NCBI GenBank assembly: GCA_023389255.1
Contig: JAEWER010000037.1
Span: 65,833-129,832, forward strand
Direction of reading: 5' to 3'
Length of the DNA: 64,000 bases
Source of the DNA: Bacillota bacterium
Lineage (GTDB): Bacteria > Bacillota > Clostridia > Saccharofermentanales > DTU023
Shown: positions 17,214 through 26,240 of the stretch, piece after piece
How positions within the stretch are numbered: the first letter of the stretch is position 1
Layout of the letters: each line of letters starts with the position of its first letter
The notes under the pieces: generated by a model
Databases searched by the model: none
What the model was told of the DNA's origin: nothing
Seen by the model: only the letters and a program-made list of their open reading frames with translations
Translations under genes and position numbers: made by a program

Positions 17214-19640
17214 ATGCAAAATAATAACTCCGCAAATCAACAGGGCAACCTTGGCAAGCGTAGTTCTAAGGTAGCAGGTAATTCACCCCTAATGAATAAT
17301 CAAAGGCCCACGGCTGGCAGAAATTCAGCTTCTGCTTCGCGTGAACGGAAGATGCTAGGTAGAGGTGCCCGTCGTTTCACGGCACAGGAAGTGAAAGCAT
17401 ATCGTCGTTCCTTGCGTTCTCGCATCAAAGGTAAACCTTCTAGCTCTCAATCTCCTTCGACGATTGTTGGCTTGCTGGGCGGTGTCGTTTCTCGCTCACT
17501 TAAGTTAATCTTAATTCTTCTAATTATCTTAGGTATGGGCTTTGCTGGTCTCGGCACCGGTATGCTATTTGGCTATATTTCAACAGCTGGTGATTTAGAC
17601 ATTAAGAACATCTCCACTACTACACAAAAAACACAGCTATTAGATAAAGACGGTAACGTAATAAATACATTAAGCAATACAGGTCAAGTTAACCGTGAAT
17701 TTGTCCCTTACAGTGAATTGGCTAACACTTACATTGCCAAAGCCTTTATGGCAATCGAAGACGAGCGCTTCATGCAACATCACGGCATCGATCCTACTCG
17801 TATCGCTTCAGCTATTTTCAGTGCCTTAGCCAATGGTGGAACGCCCACACATGGCGGCTCAACTATCACCCAACAAACTGTTAAATTGATCTCTGGTGCT
17901 GACGACATTTCTGCTCAAAGAAAGATTCAAGAATGGTACAACGCCTATCGCTTAGAACAAAATCGCTCTAAAGAAGGTGTTTTGGATCTATATTTGAACT
18001 TAGTCCCAATGGCAAATAATATCGTGGGCGTACAAGCAGCTTCTAAAGCATATTTCAACAAAGATGCCAAAGAACTGAATATCGAAGAATGTGCTTTGCT
18101 CGCTAGTATACCCAACATGCCTTCCGTGCTAAATCCTCGTACTGAGTATGGTAGACGTAACGCTTTGCGTCGTATGCGCTTAACCTTGGGAAAAATGTAT
18201 GAGCTTGGTTTTATCGATGATGCTCAATATCAAGATGCTCGTACACACGAAATAAATTTTGATTTTTCTAGCGAAAACAACGCACCTGTGGAGATACGCT
18301 CTTATTTTGCTGATTATGTAATTGAATCTGTTATCAACGACTTAGTCAAAGAACTAGGTTATTCGTACGAATTAGCCGAGATGACTGTTTACAGCCAGGG
18401 CTTGACCATCGAAACTACCATGGATCAAAAATTGCAAGCCCGTTTAGACGAAGTCTATAAAGACGAGAGCCTATTTACCAATGTTCCTTGGCTTTTAGAA
18501 GACTCACCTGAACATCCTCAGTCTTCAATTGTAGTAATTGAAAATAATCCCGATGATCCTGGACGTATTCGTGGCATGGTAGGCGGTTACGGAGAAAAGA
18601 AAAAGAATTCGGTCTTCAATCGAGCCACAGATGCGTATCGTCAACCAGGCTCTTCAATCAAGCCTATTCTCGTATATGGTCCTGCTTTAGATACTAATAA
18701 GATTACACAAAATACTATCTTTAACGATCGTCCTATGTATCTAAATCCTGAGGAGCCAGATACACCTTGGCCTTTGAACTTCTCACGTTCTTACATGGGA
18801 CAAGTCAACTTGCACACAGCTCTAGTTGCATCACTCAATACTATTGCCGTAGATGTTTTTACTAACTGGGTTACTCCTTCGGTAGCTCTAGAGTATCTCA
18901 AGCGTATGGGTATCGATAGAACGAACGATCGCTTCCCTTCCATGGCTATCGGCGGTTTTACTAAAGGTGTAAACACTAAGTTGATGGCTGGCGCCTACGC
19001 CACTTTAGCTAATAAAGGTATCTACACTGAGCCAACTGTGTATAAACGTGTACTAAAAGCCGACGGTTCAGTGTTGCTAGATAAAACTCACCCACAACAA
19101 ACTAGAGTTTTCCGTGAACAAGTGACTTCCGTTTTAACCCCAATCTTAACCTCGATTGCCAACAATAATGGTGCCACTCCTTATAACCAGGTAGCTGCTG
19201 GTAAAACTGGTACCACCGATGATGATATCGATAAATGGTTCTGTGGTTATACCCCTTATTACACAGCAGCTGTTTGGTATGGTTACGACAACAATTCTGG
19301 TCGTAGAACGGAAATTCCTTCTGCTGATTTGTGGAATGCTATAGGTCTATGGCGTGCATCAATGACAGCCATTCATCAAGATTTACCTTATAAAAACTTT
19401 GAAACAGCTAGTTATAGTAATTACAACAACTATTACACTCCTGAACCTGAATCAGAGCCTGAGCCTGAAACAGAAGAAAAGCCTGAAGAGGCTAACAAGC
19501 AACCCGCAGAACCAGCACAAAATCAAGCTGAAAATAATAACAACACCAGTAATGATGATGCTAATTCAAAGAATCAAGACCAGGGAGATGAGCAAAATCA
19601 AAATACAAATCAGCCAGAAAATCCTAATGGTGGTAATTAA
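17214..19640 (+). CDS. Bifunctional class-A penicillin-binding protein (PBP1A: GT51 glycosyltransferase plus transpeptidase)
   Basis: EDERFMQHHGIDP and GGSTITQQ (GT51); SSIKP and KTGTT (transpeptidase). Basic N-terminal tail and an acidic, Asn/Gln-rich C-terminal tail. Confidence 0.9.
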   Translation: MQNNNSANQQGNLGKRSSKVAGNSPLMNNQRPTAGRNSASASRERKMLGRGARRFTAQEVKAYRRSLRSRIKGKPSSSQSPSTIVGLLGGVVSRSLKLILILLIILGMGFAGLGTGMLFGYISTAGDLDIKNISTTTQKTQLLDKDGNVINTLSNTGQVNREFVPYSELANTYIAKAFMAIEDERFMQHHGIDPTRIASAIFSALANGGTPTHGGSTITQQTVKLISGADDISAQRKIQEWYNAYRLEQNRSKEGVLDLYLNLVPMANNIVGVQAASKAYFNKDAKELNIEECALLASIPNMPSVLNPRTEYGRRNALRRMRLTLGKMYELGFIDDAQYQDARTHEINFDFSSENNAPVEIRSYFADYVIESVINDLVKELGYSYELAEMTVYSQGLTIETTMDQKLQARLDEVYKDESLFTNVPWLLEDSPEHPQSSIVVIENNPDDPGRIRGMVGGYGEKKKNSVFNRATDAYRQPGSSIKPILVYGPALDTNKITQNTIFNDRPMYLNPEEPDTPWPLNFSRSYMGQVNLHTALVASLNTIAVDVFTNWVTPSVALEYLKRMGIDRTNDRFPSMAIGGFTKGVNTKLMAGAYATLANKGIYTEPTVYKRVLKADGSVLLDKTHPQQTRVFREQVTSVLTPILTSIANNNGATPYNQVAAGKTGTTDDDIDKWFCGYTPYYTAAVWYGYDNNSGRRTEIPSADLWNAIGLWRASMTAIHQDLPYKNFETASYSNYNNYYTPEPESEPEPETEEKPEEANKQPAEPAQNQAENNNNTSNDDANSKNQDQGDEQNQNTNQPENPNGGN

Positions 19641-19694
19641 TAGTTTGGCTAACTAGTTATTTAATCGTCGATTCTGTACAATGAACAGAAAACT

Positions 19695-19725
19695 AAAAAG
19701 TAGCGTTAAACGCTACTTTTTCTTT
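19695..19725 (+). terminator. Rho-independent terminator of the PBP1A gene
   Basis: Stem GTAGCG/CGCTAC flanked by A and U runs, followed by UUUUUCUUU. Confidence 0.7.
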
Positions 19726-19742
19726 AGGTGCAAGGAGGTCTT

Positions 19743-21230
19743 ATGCACACAGAAGATTCCCATAAAGAAGCCCTGTTAGAAACCAATAGATATCTGCCTA
19801 ATTACCGTAAACTGCTTTTCCACAATTTCACCATTATCGATGAAAACTTTGCTTGCATACCAAATCAAGATGTGTTGGTAGAAGACGGCAAAATTAAGGA
19901 AATTAGCACCACTAAAACCATCGCTGTAGATAAGAAAACTAGGAAAGAGAATAAACTTGCCTCTGGCATTTGGTTTTCACCTACAGATAATCTTGTAGTG
20001 ATTGAGGGCAAAGGCAAACGTGTTCTTTCGCCTGGTTTTGTCAACGCTCATTGCCACGTTCCCATGGTCTTGCTCAGAGGCTATGGTGAGAACTTAAACT
20101 TACATGATTGGCTCTACACGAGAATCTTCCCTTACGAAGAAGTGATGACCACTGAAGATATGTACTGGGGTGCCCTGCTCGGTATCACCGAGATGCTTGC
20201 TTGCGGCGTAACTTCTTTTTCTGAGATGTACATGGATATTCCTGTTATTGCTGAAGCAGCTTACACAGCACAAATTAAGTGTAACATCTGCCAACCTGGT
20301 AACATTAAACAAACTGAAGCTACTTTAGAGCTAGTACCACAATTAAAAGCTAAGCTTAAAGCACAAAATCCTGAAATAAATTATGCTGATGCCTCAGAGT
20401 TAATCACTGTAGATAGTGGTTTCCATGCTGTTTATACTGGTACCCCAGAAATTGTAGAAGTTAGCACGGGTCTAGCCAAAAAGCATAACTTGCAAATGCA
20501 ACTACATCTCTCCGAAACGGCAAAAGAAAACGAAGATTGCCAAACTGAACATGGTGTATCCCCTGCGGAGTTTATGGTGCAAAATGGCTTGTTCGCTACT
20601 AGAACAACAGCTGCTCACTGTGTCCATCTCTCAGCAACTGACATGACACTCTTAAAAGAACACAATGTTTTCCCTTGCCATTGCCCGAGTAGTAACTTCA
20701 AGCTAGGTAGTGGTTTTGCCGACGTGAAAGCTTGGCTTGAAGCAGGCTTAACCCCCTGCTTGGGTACTGACGGCGCAGCTAGCAATAACAATTTGAATAT
20801 TTTAGAAGAATTACACTTAGCAGCCATGCTCGCCAAAGGTCTGCACCGTGATGCTACCTGTTTGACCACGACGGAGTTAATGCGAATTGCAACTGTTAAT
20901 GGTGCTAAAGCGCAAGGACGTCTTAACACAGGGTTAATCAAAGAAGGGTTTGAGGCAGATTTGGTAGTTTTCGATCTGGATACTCCACACACACAACCCG
21001 TGTTTGATCCACTCGCTAACATTATCTACTCTGCTCAAGCAAGCAACGTACGCTTAACGATGGTACAAGGTCGTGTTCTCTACAATAAGGGCAAATACTT
21101 TACCCTTAATCCTAAGCAGATCATACGTAAATGCTTAGAACTTAAAGCCGAACGTCAAGCCCAAATAGCAGCGCAAGGCGGTTTGCCTGATAGCATCGAA
21201 TACTCAACTAATCGCAATCAAGCTGAATAA
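19743..21230 (+). CDS. mtaD: Amidohydrolase, 5-methylthioadenosine/S-adenosylhomocysteine deaminase-like
   Basis: GFVNAHCHVPMVLLRG...DWL...HLSET...GTDGAASNN. CAAGGAGG RBS before the ATG at 19743. Confidence 0.7.
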   Translation: MHTEDSHKEALLETNRYLPNYRKLLFHNFTIIDENFACIPNQDVLVEDGKIKEISTTKTIAVDKKTRKENKLASGIWFSPTDNLVVIEGKGKRVLSPGFVNAHCHVPMVLLRGYGENLNLHDWLYTRIFPYEEVMTTEDMYWGALLGITEMLACGVTSFSEMYMDIPVIAEAAYTAQIKCNICQPGNIKQTEATLELVPQLKAKLKAQNPEINYADASELITVDSGFHAVYTGTPEIVEVSTGLAKKHNLQMQLHLSETAKENEDCQTEHGVSPAEFMVQNGLFATRTTAAHCVHLSATDMTLLKEHNVFPCHCPSSNFKLGSGFADVKAWLEAGLTPCLGTDGAASNNNLNILEELHLAAMLAKGLHRDATCLTTTELMRIATVNGAKAQGRLNTGLIKEGFEADLVVFDLDTPHTQPVFDPLANIIYSAQASNVRLTMVQGRVLYNKGKYFTLNPKQIIRKCLELKAERQAQIAAQGGLPDSIEYSTNRNQAE

Positions 21231-21245
21231 CAAAATTTAGGTATG

Positions 21246-21280
21246 AAAAAGCGGGGCAGTGCAAGCTACCCCGCTTTTTT
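21246..21280. terminator. Bidirectional terminator between mtaD and dnaJ
   Basis: Stem AGCGGGG/CCCCGCT flanked by an A-run and a T-run. Confidence 0.8.
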
Positions 21281-21290
21281 GTCTTAATTT

Positions 21291-22472
21291 TTAATCTCTA
21301 AAGAGAGACTTTATTTTGTCAAAGAAACCTGGTCTTTTTTGATAGTGTTTCTCGTTTAAGCTCTGATCAAACTGTTCGAGTAAATTTTTCTGTTCATCGT
21401 TCAAGCCATGCGGCACTTCAAGCTCTACTGTAAAATGATGATCCCCACGTCTATTGGCATTGATATGTTTAATACCTTTTCCTTTGATGCGGAATTGATC
21501 ACCTGGCTGTACGCCTTCTGGTAATTGGTAATCTATTTCACCATCGATGGTAGGTACTTTTATATTTTTACCTAAAGTCGCCTGAGCAAAAGTAATCGGT
21601 ACAGTGCAGTAAGTGTCATAATTACGTCTACTAAACACAGGGTGCGGACGAATATGGGTTTCAATGATTAGATCGCCATACGGTCCACCGTTTTCGCCCG
21701 GTTCACCTTCGCCACGTAAGCGCAAACGCTCACCCTCATTAACGCCTGCAGGGATATCCACTTGCAATGTTTTACTGGCAACTACTCTGCCTTTACCTTG
21801 GCATTTTTTACAACGTTCTTCTATGACTTTACCCGTGCCATTACATTTCGAGCAAGGCTGACTAGTTCTAACCATGCCCAGAGCAGTTTGCATTTGGCGC
21901 ATCACGGCACCTGTGCCATGACACACATCACAAGTTTTAGGCTCTTTGCCGTCAGCTGTACCATGACCGTGGCATTCATCACAGAGCTCTTCTTTTTGAA
22001 TGTTGATCTCGTGGTCTTTAATACCAAAAGCTGCTTCCATGAAATCAATGTTTAAGCGGTAGCGTAAAGTTGCTCCTTGCAAGGGACCATTGTAGCGTTG
22101 GTGAGCACGTCCACCAAAGCCACCAAACCCATCAAAACCTCCGAAACCACCACCAAAGCCACCAAACAGCGAACCGAACAGCGTCTCGAGATCGATGCCG
22201 TCAAACCCAAAGCCTCCGTGGAATCCACCAGCTCCTGCTGCACCATCTACCCCAGCAAAGCCAAACTGATCGTAGCGTTGACGTTTATCCTTGTCGCTCA
22301 AAACTTCGTACGCTTCGTTCGCTTCCTTAAATTTAGCTTCAGCTTCTTTATCTCCAGGATTAACGTCGGGATGGTACTTTTTAGCCAGTTTCCAAAACGC
22401 TCTCTTAATCTGCGCTTCATCAGCTCCCTTGTCTACGCCTAGGACCTCATAATAATCACGCTTATTCGCCAA
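21291..22472 (-). CDS. dnaJ: Co-chaperone DnaJ
   Basis: J domain with HPD (KKYHPDVNP), a G/F-rich region and four CxxCxGxG zinc-finger repeats. Confidence 0.97.
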   Translation of the reverse strand: MANKRDYYEVLGVDKGADEAQIKRAFWKLAKKYHPDVNPGDKEAEAKFKEANEAYEVLSDKDKRQRYDQFGFAGVDGAAGAGGFHGGFGFDGIDLETLFGSLFGGFGGGFGGFDGFGGFGGRAHQRYNGPLQGATLRYRLNIDFMEAAFGIKDHEINIQKEELCDECHGHGTADGKEPKTCDVCHGTGAVMRQMQTALGMVRTSQPCSKCNGTGKVIEERCKKCQGKGRVVASKTLQVDIPAGVNEGERLRLRGEGEPGENGGPYGDLIIETHIRPHPVFSRRNYDTYCTVPITFAQATLGKNIKVPTIDGEIDYQLPEGVQPGDQFRIKGKGIKHINANRRGDHHFTVELEVPHGLNDEQKNLLEQFDQSLNEKHYQKRPGFFDKIKSLFRD

Positions 22473-22490
22473 GATTGCCTCCTAATAGCT

Positions 22491-22518
22491 AAGCAAGGAA
22501 CAATTGCGTTCCTTGCTT
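22491..22518 (-). other. Perfect 11-bp intercistronic stem-loop between dnaK and dnaJ
   Basis: AAGCAAGGAAC-AATTGC-GTTCCTTGCTT with no good U-run on the minus strand. Likely a partial terminator or mRNA-processing hairpin. Confidence 0.45.
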
Positions 22519-22542
22519 TTCGATGATTTCAATTAAATGCAA

Positions 22543-24372
22543 CTACTCGTTGCCACCTACATCTTTGTAGTTAGCATCGTAAGTGCCACCCTCTTTGGGT
22601 TGTTCAGGTTGTGCTTGAGCTTCTGCCCCTTGTGCTTGAGCACTCTGCTGATAAATTTTCTCAGAAATCTTGAAGAAAGCTTGTTGTACGTTTTCTGTTT
22701 CTTTCTTCATCGCTTCAATATCGTTTTGTTCAATACTGGTCTTAAGCTTAGCAATTGCCTCTTCCACAGGCTTCTTATCCTCAGCGCTGAGCTTATCCCC
22801 TAATTCATTCAGAGTTTTTTCACACTGATAAATCATGGCATCAGCATTATTCTTGGTTTCGATTTCTTCTTTACGCTTTTTATCTTCTTCAGCATAACGT
22901 TCGGCATCTTTAATCGCTTTTTCAATATCTTCATCACTCAAGTTAGTTGAAGCCGTGATTGTGATCTTTTGTTCACGATTGGTTCCCTTGTCGATAGCGC
23001 TGACGTTTACAATACCGTTGGCATCAATATCGAAAGTTACTTCGATTTGCGGAATGCCACGAGGTGCTGGAGCAATACCGTCTAAAATAAAGCGTCCTAA
23101 GCTGATGTTATCGCCTGCCATTTGACGCTCACCTTGCAGAACATGTACTTCTACCTGGGTTTGTCCATCAGCAGCAGTTGAGAAGATTTGGCTCTTCTTG
23201 GTAGGAATGGTGGTGTTGCGCTCGATCATGCGAGTCATCAGACCGCCTTGGGTTTCGATACCTAAAGACAATGAGGTGTTATCTAGCAACACCATATCGT
23301 TAATATCACCAGCTAAAACGCCACCCTGAATGGCTGCACCAATTGCCACACATTCATCAGGGTTAATGCCCTTAAAGGGTTCCTTACCAAAGTATTCCTT
23401 GACCATGTTTTGCACAGCAGGGATACGGGTTGAACCACCAACCAACAGAATCTTGGCTATATCACTGGGTTTGACACCAGCATCTGACATTGCCGTCTGT
23501 AAAGGAGTTTTGGTCTTTTCGACTAAATCTCTGGTCAGATCATCGAACTTAGCACGTGACAGCTTAGTTTCTAAGTGCTTAGGACCGTTCTCATCTGAGC
23601 AGATGAAAGGCAAGTTAATATCTGCCATGGTGACACCAGACAACTCGATCTTAGCCTTTTCGGCTGCTTCTCTAAAGCGTTGCATTGCAACACGATCGCC
23701 TCGCAAATCAACACCTAAATTATTTTTGGCTTCTTCTAATAACCATTCCACAATGCGCAAATCGAAATCGTCACCACCTAAGCGGTTGTTACCTGAAGTT
23801 GCTAAAACGTCAAATACGCCATCACAGATCTCAAGAATGGATACGTCGAAAGTACCACCACCTAAGTCGAAGACAACAATTTTTTGCATCTCTTCTTTGT
23901 TCAAACCATAGGCTAATGAAGCTGCTGTAGGCTCGTTAATAATACGCATTACCTCTAAGCCTGCAATTTTACCAGCATCTTTAGTCGCCTGACGTTGTGA
24001 GTCACTGAAGTAAGCGGGAACAGTAATAACTGCTTTAGTAACTGTCTCACCTAAGAATTGTTCAGCTTCCTGTTTTAATTGTTGCAGGATCATAGCTGAG
24101 ATCTCTTGTGGTGAATACTCTTTATCATCAATCTTTACTTTATGATCAGTTCCCATCTCACGTTTAATGGAGATAACAGTACGATCGGGATTAGTTACCG
24201 CTTGGTTCTTAGCTGATCTGCCGACCAAACGCTCGCCATCTTTGGTGAAAGCTACCACTGACGGAGTGGTGCGCTCACCTCTTTGGTTGGCGATAACTTG
24301 AGGTTCGCCACCCTCTAAAACTGCAACAACTGAGTTAGTTGTACCTAAGTCGATACCAATGATTTTAGACAT
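22543..24372 (-). CDS. dnaK: Chaperone DnaK (Hsp70)
   Basis: [18 protein letters not shown]...; 609 aa. Confidence 0.98.
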   Translation of the reverse strand: MSKIIGIDLGTTNSVVAVLEGGEPQVIANQRGERTTPSVVAFTKDGERLVGRSAKNQAVTNPDRTVISIKREMGTDHKVKIDDKEYSPQEISAMILQQLKQEAEQFLGETVTKAVITVPAYFSDSQRQATKDAGKIAGLEVMRIINEPTAASLAYGLNKEEMQKIVVFDLGGGTFDVSILEICDGVFDVLATSGNNRLGGDDFDLRIVEWLLEEAKNNLGVDLRGDRVAMQRFREAAEKAKIELSGVTMADINLPFICSDENGPKHLETKLSRAKFDDLTRDLVEKTKTPLQTAMSDAGVKPSDIAKILLVGGSTRIPAVQNMVKEYFGKEPFKGINPDECVAIGAAIQGGVLAGDINDMVLLDNTSLSLGIETQGGLMTRMIERNTTIPTKKSQIFSTAADGQTQVEVHVLQGERQMAGDNISLGRFILDGIAPAPRGIPQIEVTFDIDANGIVNVSAIDKGTNREQKITITASTNLSDEDIEKAIKDAERYAEEDKKRKEEIETKNNADAMIYQCEKTLNELGDKLSAEDKKPVEEAIAKLKTSIEQNDIEAMKKETENVQQAFFKISEKIYQQSAQAQGAEAQAQPEQPKEGGTYDANYKDVGGNE

Positions 24373-24415
24373 TTTGTCCTCCTATATACTCTGCTTATTT
24401 ACAAATTGATAAAGT

Positions 24416-25084
24416 TTAGTTAGCTACCATCACTTGGCTGGTGCGAATAACACGTTCGCCTTTGCGATAACCCTTTTCTAAAACTTCTTTGATGGTATTA
24501 GCTTCCAATTCCTGATCCTCTACGTGTAATACAGCGTTGTGCTCTTCTGGATTGAATGGTTCGCCTTTACCTGCCACTTCTTGTACGCCCAATTTTTCGA
24601 GTGTTTGATCAGCCTGTTGTTTGATTAACTCTAGACCTTCAATCACAGCTTTTGCTTCGTCACTCTCGATCTTATCGGCTGAACGTAAAGCGCGTTCTAT
24701 ATTGTCAACGATGGGAAGAATTTCTCTTATCGCATCGCAAACTGCATCTTCATATGCCTTGCTTTTTTCTTGTCGACTACGACGGCGGAAATTTTCAAAC
24801 TCTGCTATCTGTCGTAAGTGCTGATCTTTTAATTCTGCAATTTGAGCTACTAATTCTTGATATTCTGCCTCGGGCAATTCGATCAGTTTTTCTGTTAACT
24901 CTGGTTCATTGCTAGAGTTTTCAACCGTCTGATCTACTGCGCTCTCTACTACAGTCTCTCTGCTTTCAGACTCTGCGTTTAGTTCTGTAGTCTCAATACT
25001 TTCTTGCTTTTCAAGCTCTGGAACTATATTGGCTTGCTTAGCTTTGTTATGTTTTTTCGACTTCATTTTGCTTCCTTTACTCAT
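24416..25084 (-). CDS. grpE: Nucleotide exchange factor GrpE
   Basis: Acidic N-terminus, coiled coil and a C-terminal GrpE beta domain (FNPEEHNAV...GYRKGERVIR). Overlaps the hrcA stop by 8 nt. Confidence 0.93.
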   Translation of the reverse strand: MSKGSKMKSKKHNKAKQANIVPELEKQESIETTELNAESESRETVVESAVDQTVENSSNEPELTEKLIELPEAEYQELVAQIAELKDQHLRQIAEFENFRRRSRQEKSKAYEDAVCDAIREILPIVDNIERALRSADKIESDEAKAVIEGLELIKQQADQTLEKLGVQEVAGKGEPFNPEEHNAVLHVEDQELEANTIKEVLEKGYRKGERVIRTSQVMVAN

Positions 25085-26159
25085 CAGCTAGACCTGAAGG
25101 TAATCCAGGTTTGCTCTCATCTTCATGTACGGCATAGCGCCTAATCGCTTCATTCAATTTTTGGTTAATAAAGTTAACCTGCGAGATTATTTTGTTATAT
25201 GGCATACGCCTAGGACCGACTACCCCAATTTGACCTTTAATGTTATCGCCTAAGCGATAAGTCGTAGTTATAAAACTACAATCTTCAAAACCATCTAGCG
25301 TAATTTCCTGTCCAATGCGTACGGTGTAGGTTGGCTCTTCGTAGAGTTCATTCATATAACCAGCAATCAACGCATGGTGGTTCATCTGATCCAGAACACG
25401 GTGTGCCTTTTGCGCATCGGAAAACTCGGGTTGCGTCAGTAAACGATGCGTGCCTTGCAGGTAGACATCTACGTTCTCAGCTTGTTTGATCGAAACATAT
25501 GCTTCAAACAAAATCTGATTGAGTAGTGGCTCAGGAATGCCACTGTTACCAGCAGCTAAGGACACTGTAATCATGGTGATATCATTCAATTTTTTGCCAG
25601 ATAAACCCAACTCTATACTCTGTGCTAACTGTGCCAAGTTAGCAGGATCCACCTCCGGCGGAATGCGCACCATTCTATCTTTAACCACACCAGGAGATAG
25701 AACTACCACAATCAGAGCTTTACCAGGCTCAATCATCAAGATTTTAATCTGCTCTAAGCTCGTATTAGCGTAACGTGGTGTTAACGCCAGTGTTGGATAA
25801 GATGTTTGTTCTGCCAGTAAATCAACTGAGCTTTTAATTAACTGCGCAACTTCTTGCACCTTATCCGCAAAGCGTTCTTCGATTTGCTGTTGCGTTGCCT
25901 CTGGCAAGGGTGACAAAGTCAACAATTCATCTACATATGCTCTATATCCTTTGTCTGAGGGAATGCGACCAGCTGAGGTATGCGGTTTTTCTAGATATCC
26001 CAATTCCTCTAGCGCCATCATTTCATTTCTGACAGTGGCTGAACTGATACTCAAGTCATAACGTTTAATTAAATTCTTCGAACCCACGGGCTCAGCAGTA
26101 AGCACATAATCGCTGATCACCGCTTTAAGAATTTGTTTTTGACGTTCGCTTAAACTCAT
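25077..26159 (-). CDS. hrcA: Heat-inducible transcription repressor HrcA
   Basis: MSLSERQKQILKAVISDYV...SSATVRNEM. GGAGTGG RBS before the ATG at 26159; the track start at 26180 lies inside CIRCE. Confidence 0.95.
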   Translation of the reverse strand: MSLSERQKQILKAVISDYVLTAEPVGSKNLIKRYDLSISSATVRNEMMALEELGYLEKPHTSAGRIPSDKGYRAYVDELLTLSPLPEATQQQIEERFADKVQEVAQLIKSSVDLLAEQTSYPTLALTPRYANTSLEQIKILMIEPGKALIVVVLSPGVVKDRMVRIPPEVDPANLAQLAQSIELGLSGKKLNDITMITVSLAAGNSGIPEPLLNQILFEAYVSIKQAENVDVYLQGTHRLLTQPEFSDAQKAHRVLDQMNHHALIAGYMNELYEEPTYTVRIGQEITLDGFEDCSFITTTYRLGDNIKGQIGVVGPRRMPYNKIISQVNFINQKLNEAIRRYAVHEDESKPGLPSGLADE

Positions 26160-26169
26160 TTCCACTCCC

Positions 26170-26196
26170 TTAGCACTCACTTCGCCCGAGTGCTAA
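26170..26196. promoter_or_regulatory. CIRCE operator (perfect consensus TTAGCACTC-N9-GAGTGCTAA) in the hrcA 5' UTR
   Basis: ttagcactc-acttcgccc-gagtgctaa. Ends 2 nt from the RBS. Confidence 0.95.
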
Positions 26197-26200
26197 ATTA

Positions 26201-26230
26201 ACTTTAGCACTCTCCTAGCGAGAGTGTCAA
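26201..26230 (-). promoter_or_regulatory. Sigma-A-type promoter of the hrcA-grpE-dnaK-dnaJ operon
   Basis: On the minus strand: TTGACA (26230-26225), 18-nt spacer, TAAAGT (26206-26201). Confidence 0.6.
26204..26230. promoter_or_regulatory. Second CIRCE operator (TTAGCACTC-N9-GAGTGTCAA, 2 mismatches) overlapping the promoter
   Basis: The CT-to-TC swap in the right arm creates TTGACA on the minus strand. Confidence 0.8.
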
Positions 26231-26240
26231 ATGAGTAATT

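Noticed and set aside
23330-23911. 193-aa ORF antisense to dnaK, and similar long antisense ORFs (10844-11497 in the ClC gene, 20615-21022 in mtaD, 29604-30014, 57532-57933, 22077-22442 in dnaJ)
   Set aside because: All lie wholly inside well-supported genes on the opposite strand. They have low-complexity or compositionally odd translations, no RBS and no family motifs. Long antisense frames in dnaK-like genes are a known codon-bias artefact.
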